A DNA stretch of 64,000 nt from a virus (lineage: Duplodnaviria; Heunggongvirae; Uroviricota; Caudoviricetes), in the IMG/VR virus record IMGVR_UViG_3300042456_000759. The stretch is one strand, 5' to 3'. Below the pieces are notes generated by a model. It was given only the letters and a program-made list of their open reading frames with translations, ran no database searches and was not told where the DNA came from. Shown piece after piece: positions 18,201 to 24,200 of the stretch. The translations under genes were made by a program, and so were the position numbers. Each line of letters begins with the position of its first letter. Within the stretch, counting starts at the first letter, position 1.

Positions 18201-20786
18201 GAATTTAACGAGTATAAAACAGAGTTATTAACAAAAGATCTTCCAAATATTCCAAATGAGATAGCTATAACATATGGTTATATGTCTATTGATGATTTTT
18301 CTAAACTTCCTATTTTAAAACAAAATAGTCTAGAAGCTTTAGAAAATAGAAATATAGAATTAATGAAACGACTTATTTCATTACCTGAAAATAGACTTCA
18401 GCACTTAGCTCCTAATTCTGCTTCTACTATTGAAGCTATGGATAAAATTATTAATTCTTCAGAAGTTAAAAAGAAATCTTATCATCTTTCAACGTTTTAT
18501 GGTTCTACAGAGTTTAGAAATATCATGGTAAGTGCTAAGAATCTTGTTGGTGCAGGTGCTCTTCATATTACAGGACATCAAATAACTCAAATGTTTAATG
18601 TATCCTTTTCAGATGAAGATACTTTTAAACACATTCCGTTTATTAAATCTAATAGATTAGATAAAGTATATGATAGTAAAGGAAGATTAATCTCTTCAAA
18701 TCTATCAGAATTTTTATCAGCTTTTGTGGATGCTGCTAAAGATCCTTTTGCTGTAAGATTAAATTTAAACAATTCTACTATTAATGTAGCTTTAATGTTA
18801 ATTCGATTAGGTGTATCTATTGAAGAAGTATTATATTTTATTAATCAACCTTCAATTAAGAGATATGTAGCAAGATATAATAATGTTAGTTCCTTATTAA
18901 GGAAATCTTCTAATGAATCCCAGAATAGAGCTATGGCAGAAGCTTATGTATTATGGGAATCTAATAGAGGAATGTATGGAAAAGATAGTTTAAAACATTT
19001 AAGAATACCATTTAATGCAGAAAAAATTAATACTCAAGATGAATTAGATCTTTATTCAGCTGAAGAAAAGAAAACAGAATATATTTCTTTAACAGATAAA
19101 ACTATAGAGACTATATTTAATTATGGTACGTTTGAAGAGATAAATAGAATATCTTACATGATTAAGAAAAGTGTAGCTCTTCCTAATATATCTACTTCTG
19201 AAGGGAGTGAAAATTATCTTAAAAATTTAGAAAAATCACTAACAGGAAATATATCTAATGAAATAAAACATGAAACAGATATTTATTCATTGGGATTATT
19301 TATGAGTTTATTAAAACCTGCCCAAGAATTATCTACTTTAAATACAGCAACTAATATAGAGTCAAAGAAAACCAAAACTCTTATTGAAAATAGAAGTTTA
19401 CTAAATACTGTAAGTAGTTTATTAGGAAGGTTATCTCCTCCATTTACTAATTTAGATGCTATATTTAGTCAAAGTCATTTATCAACTGTATATAACAATA
19501 GAAAAGATTTTGATAAATATTTAGCACCATATTTAATGGTTGCGGATCCAACTTTTTCTAATTTGTTAGATAGTATTGCTACTCAGGGTTATATATCATT
19601 AGCATATGGTCAAGCTAAAAACGATTTAGTTTATAAATTTAATACATTTTTATTATCTTATTTAGTTCAAAATAATCCTAATTTCCGACCTACTCAAGAT
19701 CATGAAACTATGTTTAAACGATTAGCTTCTCGAATAAAAGCTATTCAAACTAGTGAACATTATAAACCTTTTAAATCTCATAATTTATTTAAAAATATAT
19801 CTTATACATTAAGAGGACAGTTTGGAGGAGATTTAAAGACTCAAATTAGATTATTAAAATATCAGGAAGAAGAGACAATTGATAGAGATATTGAAATTCA
19901 AAAACATGAAAATGCCTATGAATTAGCGTTATCAAGAATGAAATCTTCTAGATTACCTGCAAAAAAAGAATTCTATGAAGAATTAGTTAGTATTTATGAA
20001 GATTTAGTAGATTATAGTATATTACAATCTGGATTATCTGCTCAGTTTACATCTTTAGCAGGAATATTACCTGCTGATTTATTTGCTAAAAAAGTATCTA
20101 AATACTTAGATTTAACTAATTTAAATGTAGACTTAAGTAATTTATGGGATATATTTGTTAGGAATAATCATAGAAATCCTTTATTAGTTGACATTAAACC
20201 TGAAGTAATAAGAAATTCTAATATTATTGATTATAATGGAAATACTTATTATAGAGTATATTCAAGAGTTCCATATATTAAAAGAAATATTTCAAATTTA
20301 ATAGAATCTGAAGATATATTTTCATTTGAAGAAACTGAGAAATTAGAATCTAAGTTTTTAAGAGTTCTTCCAAATGAAGAAATTAAAGGAATTGTTGAAG
20401 AGTTAGATTTACCTAAATCAACAAATTGGAAACTATATGAAGAAATAACCGCTTTAGGTGATCAACAATGGTATTTAGAAACTAAAGATATATATGATTC
20501 ATTATCTTCAAGAATTCCAGGATATATTGAAGAAGATTATTCTTTACCAGAAGAAACTATAGAATCTGAAAAAATACAACTTTCTCAGACACAAATAGAT
20601 ACATATGTGTTTTATAAAGAATTATACACGAATGATGCAGATATTAGAGAATTATTCTATATATTTGCTGATAATTACGATATATCATATAATGATATTA
20701 ACAGTTTGTTAAAAACATTGATTTTAGATCACAATGATGTATTACAACCTATTATAGAAAAAACATTAATTGAAAAAGCATGTTAA
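6279..20786 (+). CDS. Giant virion-packaged two-barrel RNA polymerase of crAss-like type (4835 aa), with N-terminal Gly-rich membrane-like region, inserted cassettes and a zincin-like domain
   Basis: GYRIPTQ followed by GSDFDIDKL (DFDID at 17637-17651, aa 3787-3791) is the crAss-like/phi14:2 variant of the DxDGD metal-binding motif. FVDAAKDP lies downstream. HEAFE...EMLAE zincin-like segment at 13194. Confidence 0.9.
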   Translation: MVTNEQLKPTTIPGSFNPQQTLTDVYVPSTFEDRFGALLNNPMPSNLGLRIPIDDFKTEYADGSKFRGLFQKSGDKLKQDPNFDPITSRVITTPLSEVEPYLKYDSNYDNNLNAAFGQAGKGAVVGGGVGSFFSPIGTAIGAGVGGTLGFFSGLLTTSGRGVYIPGRDNRQEILEKQSGFWNTLGGFTNNFLDRSFEAGIGGTAALLTSPFGAIAGREFYDWGSNPLTRKLSESLEQSEYKRHLSDNYLNKGPIAKFFTAEGFQNEIADMAGFTVGMMLGAKINMGLNAGAGQAVSKLAIGLKNPGLATSISNRGGNLIGDFLPTVAKRASALFTKGSTKLTAAQQAATFSELNLVTLAKNAFKKGTFEDYGKNLINAFKNPAFGLKALSSFERTALASYGEGRVEAAQAYKDIYDTALKNGYSASESAEMATKGANKTLLGNLAILGVTNQFGLNQLTNVSSIKNLSRWFSKDFTLDVTTSKILKETLKDISKNATKGFVIEGFGEELGQFAISQAAKNQQLNMADPLNPIHKAFFTEFIEAYKDGISSDEGMSNWFGGGLFGSVMGGFGPGGIMSTLNEANKAKTINIPDSLKTKISNFSSAIDFISKHTVPFNGQLFQSYREENGEYIPDNNGTVRLINDPTRLIKLTQALNHINTLSKDQANLILTNVKNNIKTEDPAMQEGFKIIKDYVDLFGETGEKSLEEYINQDLSSKEKQNTLYLLSKLGETVIENEYALESDLSNIAKSMVSSSYVFDHVVNGIEDKIFDELDALEESLLDPTSESGQKDLIEFFGKNYKLDQLDQAKEDIKTFRDQLKKQVKIFKGLANRYSEPFTHINIKKDNKVHKLPITVDMYSVFRSALVQDDLNTMVSEIDEKLNDIKSELLADPQYSQDYLNPNNTSEDVLDIAKKENNNPLYLQYQVLENLKKQVSDSLQKENKAFEELTDVKKLIEKAQKSEKAINSEIENPAKSEDLPKPKPVTVTESSQEPEDNPEEKVEPVVSTDAKADIERIRQENDSLGKSILQKLGYKNENRLPNGNVKGGQSGWKIRFNIKSPTGGNYFNTGNKTLENDKHYNEQAQKLVDWLNSYFGTKSKGSVSEAIKGYTLFGFTDEHPSSIWKFLSGGEQGESDFTIYIGSADDVLKFVEDVKKSPIADLLVAGNQGSDVNITPDGIFKARIEGSKIGFSGYGAPIDLNVVTGEENFTFVFDGRRVNINYGKTKGPSDISITVEGGNSEGINWNYKVVGDDNLKKDFPELYKNIRNIIGFQLYGDYLQGSNNEFLKLTGVDKINAKYDAELKELEQKPISTTQSEIASKTQDEFAQYLQDNHSDRLSQEQIYKLLTVRPELREKMLNDSPEEWAKIFEKNQDYRQQANNVDNNKEMRGNANPAWTGISIGETANQEQDGRHKGYVTLDVNSAREMGKNLEQTFKDLYQLLKDAGYNGHLKMPGVYSDLLTRFDNIVIHGATKGDVSLALPIIEQYFKDKGLNVEGTKTGIDAKDSNGKETSHTNLLAEKVKNKSLEKPISTTQSDIESKTKEELFPIDSLHKGKESGDILKVIGYIKDGVRFEIQTKGTLKPKKNLIISELKRLIIEGKLAALEQPTNGDPASGGKSAQRPPIQGPVEYGDPDNDNSSLEEEDYRADASRTPLSQTTIFKTYGADFRNGKIQLNNIAKSYFYDQILDLKKDHFFLPIPVSSELALSIVKDKEGDFYKDYKANPTDLIYLLVGIDNDNNPIVYNLPTGKTIPEQIPLIDILSNKTIPTGLIYDKSSTFPIDRITEKFSRTEKYSTQDIDKIYNNYILGLNQMAIDSLSLVEEYNKDVINVNKLRIAVQNNLKPIIGITPGVQDGRVSKVKYEKLSEDYSIHIPTLETAIETKYHELKLGTVYAYQNGKYTKTLRRKFNKNEAQVLANLIKKSLSGEILETSEELYLKSVLNWFDNLTTPTAYNKNSVGIVNGQFIAAPYFGNNNNPKLGFTWSIDDSMDRLVEFFSSHYPHINKTKLNTAYQYFQDKETDTIYENYEEYLIEREIITIPTPVNDRLPVKSNRQLIFDPQFGFDNIQTNDEKNIYRTSKIKLIKDNFTDPMSIQHFFTNDLKKTTPSEEKNGNKIYYFNNIYLSIVGPNDILLAGNVSKYFDNDIWNNTSINAAQVTKDEFDQDVIPYGIKFNLMVTIDSNDEVTINIEKLKKNESTEESEDPGTDEVKNERESPEETPEAQKETSENEEDESYEDSDEGIDEEPPFRLFTDSTDIENIEEFKVWLSEILPQFSVQVSSDAIKGVAQGALIGSFITLWKNAGSGTGYHEAFEAVWGYFIDSDTKEKLIKEFKSKEGTYKNPFNKKTVKYSESTDNDVKEMLAEGFIDFMKNRKLQPKAPIQNNFFLKLLDLLKRLFSNISKIFKKSEKEAIDNINDIYEKIASGNYSQEVISDFNLGIQFRQRFAAEDIDLNHVHLFNSMLYDRVMSLLGFSNIYDIIDNNIENDVTTSELIGKHIIEQGNALLTELQSEFKTKKIKGFSFFDDNFEFKNDSLRKELLENATQVFLQKSKLDSFVSIDSLDEMEVSSKEGIVPTNEINPTSNVNNVTRFLLNNLKYYTANEAGVLQPAVVNTYFGKTRDITLTINKKPDFTTIQTFLLNKLANVVPYYKDGQEVALFDAMMEKLSLYENKETWIKDLKYKLGIGYSSLSDNIIKMRLAFVTSFKNAEYEPIVLRSSDNVVYMENPVYESSQTALLESWISNVQDKASLSSSVNITLNKDLNKGQVIFPKKGLTNKYEQRDYFKDILGIDIGDPKEDEIIQALDTILSIIKFRQVVIFDDLVKDYAQSSFRTLSKYIASKESSSSKSYKNSDGKAEFSIINPTFISDIINVYNSVDNYNDFLLSYPHFHNNFELKLGLKNNYFLKKGGFLFDKNGLKYKNSKITLKLLSGIQDKTNVKGFSFSKMSLEDKLVFKAVAALSGNYSLLMNSDKNMENSLSFNDKYLLKSLDLNPSFFSKDYNSSSSLNTEAVKIIENYFLPQLKDEIDLLFSKDALNVQFLKDKIKNKELGYYQDIVNFSKEDFEKIANDYNSTQSGLYSYLQSAIPSIYVYLRNQIENDYQNLYKAGFFKNIDGRVLISRQILNSKEIEFMNQGLNAYLDFKGIKGKEREKYIQRITGKNQNTSIASGRLASFFFKKIDEIYMIYAQAGYKDITASNLEHIFRKIAIQVTVNYEIYNKDIQGFLYGPFSAYKKGDFGKRAGFLASSKQSQDNSITINNHLNLTSKRLDGKNRDGLLSFVSYKDPIVVSARITSIAEDFYKVLKNDKHSHDTIERLVGAKFKKDGTLKEITAEPGTLLAPYEELKLADAQAYIMLDTFYDLLYKSGKLTRSQKVHIQYEMALERIERSELPKTDPAYRPLTTKQKVKDLEFINNPQIKKEANSAVLQVLKPQGSGFNQNNLDVAIPIFLKNSVVPLSWSRVKNNPILRDKYITWQKNQIDLIGFESGQKIGAILKDGNSTPLYNIDGFNAEIPFIQKMKFNDFGIQQETPNEFKNSVNRGVQITKLIVGNLSHHFKNKPHIKELVDEYYANLNELYQRGYDSLMKKLGLKLEGNYYVTDNLSNLVETLSEQAKLLKLPINVKDMFVVDSSTGKLPYKFDASTERHRIEYILNSILDRTLIHQKVKGTQAPQISSVFEQSNLKPLFKRKGIWTEYTQGMKLSADEEKSIRYSSTDLKILEDGTIEVKIPSYLKGLVNLNTSKIDPELLELIGYRIPTQSFGQVEKIKIVGFLDQSYGDAIIVPAELVGKSGSDFDIDKLNLYFPHYYKDKQGNYRYISYSTSDEELGLRYNNYIKSNEEKVYRKLKQWIFDAIKDMASDLNINLNKEDLSKFFTKKTFRQLPNIIKEEYFDLQETLQNSESKILEKTIAHIQKTSELISEYEEALANKEEIEYEDKDGNIVISPFDVLPLLYTLQTEYDTLLNAAGYNQDQIELIREKLKEFNEYKTELLTKDLPNIPNEIAITYGYMSIDDFSKLPILKQNSLEALENRNIELMKRLISLPENRLQHLAPNSASTIEAMDKIINSSEVKKKSYHLSTFYGSTEFRNIMVSAKNLVGAGALHITGHQITQMFNVSFSDEDTFKHIPFIKSNRLDKVYDSKGRLISSNLSEFLSAFVDAAKDPFAVRLNLNNSTINVALMLIRLGVSIEEVLYFINQPSIKRYVARYNNVSSLLRKSSNESQNRAMAEAYVLWESNRGMYGKDSLKHLRIPFNAEKINTQDELDLYSAEEKKTEYISLTDKTIETIFNYGTFEEINRISYMIKKSVALPNISTSEGSENYLKNLEKSLTGNISNEIKHETDIYSLGLFMSLLKPAQELSTLNTATNIESKKTKTLIENRSLLNTVSSLLGRLSPPFTNLDAIFSQSHLSTVYNNRKDFDKYLAPYLMVADPTFSNLLDSIATQGYISLAYGQAKNDLVYKFNTFLLSYLVQNNPNFRPTQDHETMFKRLASRIKAIQTSEHYKPFKSHNLFKNISYTLRGQFGGDLKTQIRLLKYQEEETIDRDIEIQKHENAYELALSRMKSSRLPAKKEFYEELVSIYEDLVDYSILQSGLSAQFTSLAGILPADLFAKKVSKYLDLTNLNVDLSNLWDIFVRNNHRNPLLVDIKPEVIRNSNIIDYNGNTYYRVYSRVPYIKRNISNLIESEDIFSFEETEKLESKFLRVLPNEEIKGIVEELDLPKSTNWKLYEEITALGDQQWYLETKDIYDSLSSRIPGYIEEDYSLPEETIESEKIQLSQTQIDTYVFYKELYTNDADIRELFYIFADNYDISYNDINSLLKTLILDHNDVLQPIIEKTLIEKAC
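10197..10910 (+). repeat. Imperfect 54 bp direct repeat (10197-10250, 10857-10910) flanking a 660 bp in-frame module
   Basis: aaacctatatctactactcaatctga (26 bp) is identical in both copies; 5 mismatches over 54 bp. Encodes KPISTTQSEIASK and KPISTTQSDIESK. Confidence 0.95.
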
Positions 20787-21268
20787 CAAGTAAAATAATT
20801 GAACAACTAAATTACAGAATTCAACAAGAAGAATTCTCATCAAGATTATATAAACAAATGAGTTTATGGTTAAATGATGAAGGTTTTATAAATCTTAGTA
20901 AAATATATAATAAATATTCTCAAGAAGAATTAGATCATGCTCAATGGGCTGCTGATTTTCTTTTAGCTCATGGTATTAAACCTGATTTAAAAGAATTAAA
21001 TGCTCCTAATGATATTTATGAGATAAGTTCATTAAAAGATATATTAGATTTAACCTTATCTCATGAAAAAGAAATTACAAATCAATGTAATGATTTAGCT
21101 TCTTTAGCATTAAAAGAAAACTCTCATACATTATATTCTTTAGCATCTAAATATTGTCATGAACAAGTAGAAGAATTAGAAAAAGCTATTACTTTTTTAG
21201 ATATATATTCTAAAACTAAAGATGAGTTATTTTATGATCATTATATTGGAGAAAATTATTTAGATTAA
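20780..21268 (+). CDS. ftnA: Ferritin (non-heme, FtnA-like)
   Basis: Ferroxidase-centre pattern is retained: QQEEFSSRLY (E, Y), EELDHA (E-x-x-H), HEKEIT (E), EQVEE (Q, E). 162 aa four-helix-bundle size. Confidence 0.8.
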   Translation: MLTSKIIEQLNYRIQQEEFSSRLYKQMSLWLNDEGFINLSKIYNKYSQEELDHAQWAADFLLAHGIKPDLKELNAPNDIYEISSLKDILDLTLSHEKEITNQCNDLASLALKENSHTLYSLASKYCHEQVEELEKAITFLDIYSKTKDELFYDHYIGENYLD

Positions 21269-21270
21269 TT

Positions 21271-24200
21271 ATGTTGTGTCCCATAGAACAAGATAAACGC
21301 TGGATTAAATTGCTTTCTTTCTTAAAAAATAGACAGAAAGCAATATTTTATTGGAATATGTATAAAGAGAATATTCCAGATTATTTTTATTCAGATCCAA
21401 GTATTATATCTCAAATTCCTGAATCTTCAGAAGAAGTTACTAATCCTTCAGAAGCAGTTCCTATTAAACCAGCAATAGAAGAATTATTTGATTCTACTCC
21501 TGAATTAGCTAATCAAGTATATAAAGCTTTAGGGTTTAATCAATCTACATTTGATACTAAAGAAATAACACTATCAAAAGAAACAAGTATTGGTTGGATG
21601 TTTATTCAGCTTAATAATAAAAAAATAGGCAGAGTTAAGTTTGTAAATAATGGAGAAAAAGGACAATTAGGACTATCTATTGAAATTAATGATGAATATC
21701 AAAGTAAAGGTTATGGACAAATAGTTCATACTTTAATGGCAGATTTAGCTAAGAAAGACTATAAAAGTAATTTGTACTCTGATTATCAAAATAGTAGTCA
21801 AGAAATACAATTATTAAATTCATTAGTTAAAAAAGGATATGCTGAAAAAATAGGAGATATTGGTAAAGCAAGTAAAGAATATCCAGATAGTTTTGTAACG
21901 GAAGAAAGAGCTTTTAGAATTAAAACTTCTGATGAAATTCAACAGATAACCCCACAACAAAAACAACAAGCTATTTCTTTATATTCTCAATACTTAGACA
22001 CTATATTTCCTGATAGTAAAGTAAAAGATATTGTTTATCATGGAAAAAATGAAGGAAACTCTTTAGATTTAACTCTTTATGAAAAAGATCATGATATATA
22101 TTTTGCTCCTTCTAAAGAAGAAGCTGAGTATTGGGGGGGAAGACCTGGTAAAACAGGATACTTGAAAAAGAATACAAACCCTGAAACTTTCAATATCATG
22201 ATAAATGGTAGAGATGCAAATTTAGAAGAAAAAAAAGAGTATCTTAAAAAATTATTTGAAATCAAAATTACACCAGCTATTATAAATAATCCGTACAGCG
22301 GTATAACTCAAACTGATGATGGACGAAATTTAAAAGAATATTCTAGTAAACCAGAACAAATACACATATTAGGAAGTAAACGAGATATAGAAGGATTTAA
22401 AGAGTTTGTAAGTAAAAAAGAAGTAGAGGGAGAAAAAAACAATCTTACTACACATGCTAAAGTTTTAGAAACTACTATTAAAGAACAACTTCCAAAGGAA
22501 ATAGCTGATACAATTACTATACTTGAAACTATTCCAGAAGAAATTTTAGGAAGAGATGATTTGTATTTAGCAATGAAAGATGTGTTAGAAGCAAATGGAA
22601 TTACAGATCCAGCCTTAATAAACTGGTTAGGTATAAATAAAGGTAATAAACATCCTAAAAATTTTACATCAGAAGATCAAGTAAAAAAACTTATTGAAGA
22701 TACTTATAATGAGCTATTAAAACAAGAATATGCAGAGTTTAAAAAAAATCCCATAGCTAAGGAATCTTATGAAAAATGGAAAGCAGCGTTAGAAAAGTAC
22801 CCTACTTGGTTTAAACATCCAATGCTTAAACACGCTATCAAATATCTTAATCCTCAAAGAAGAGATAAGTTTGTTCTCCAACTCAGTGAAACAGCTCTAC
22901 AAAATACTTATGGGTTAGTAATAGGTAAACCTCATGAACTTAATAGAATTGGAAAATTGTACGACAAGGAAGTTTTAGCTGTTGTAGCAGAGGCTGGGAA
23001 ACATGAGAGATCAGCTAGTGGTAGAGGTTATTGGGTACATGTACCGAGAACACAGCAACCTTTAAGCGACGAGGGTCTTGTAAGTTACTCTGAAATACTT
23101 AAAGGGTTAAAAGATCCAAGTCTTATAAAGACGACTTTTCTTTATAAAAATATACGTTACTTTGTAGAAGATAATAAAATAAAAAAACTATTAAGTGATT
23201 TGACATTAAGTTCAGAAGAGGTAAATTTATTAATTAAAGATATAGAAAATGAACTTACAAAAGCAAAGAATTCTCAGTTCAAAGCTAACGTAGAACTTCT
23301 TCGTAAACTATCTCCTGCAACATGGTGTACAGCTACTTACAATGCTTCTTATTATGTAGAAAACTTTGACAACTATATTCTCATAGTAGATGGTGTAACA
23401 GTAGTTGGAATTGAAGCATACCCATCTTTGATAAAAGCTAGATTTACACGAAATGAGAATGATAGCACATATGAAAAGACATTTGAAAATGAAGAGTCTC
23501 TTTATGAATATGCTAAAAAAACCAATGAAGAGTTTGTAATTCAACAAAGCAAAAAAGAAGTAAAAGAAGTTACTTCTGTTAACAACAATGGAATAGCTTC
23601 TATAGACCACTTAGAAGATACAATAGCTTTTTTTGAAAAGCATGGGTTAGATACTAATAATTCTACAATCCAAGCTGCTATTAAAGCTAAGGAAAGTGGT
23701 GGTGAAGATAAAGATTTCACCTATGCAGAAGACAATGGTGATCTTGATGAATACTATAACCTCGCTTACGGACCTTATGCAGAAATAGAAGATAGAGCAG
23801 CTGCTATAAACACGTTAGAAGAAGCTAGAACTTTTTTATTTGAAAGAGTTGGAGGAACACCTAACACTGAATTCTATTATGCTCTTAAACCTGAGTTTCA
23901 AGCTGATTATGAACTAGCCAAATTTACTATAGAGCAGAGTCCACAGATGATAGGAAATATAGAATCAGAATTACCTTTCTACTTAGAATTAGCTAAGTTA
24001 GCTATGCAAAAAGATTTTAGTCTTTTTCAGTACTTAACAGTTGAAGCTAAAGCTGATCCAGATAATATAGCTGCAAATGAAGCTTTTATCGTTGAAAGAA
24101 ATAGACGACAAGCAATATATCTTCAATTACCAGAGCAACAAAAAGAAGAAGTAAATCTTATAGTAAATAATTTAGATGGTACAGAAGAAGAAAAAGCTCG

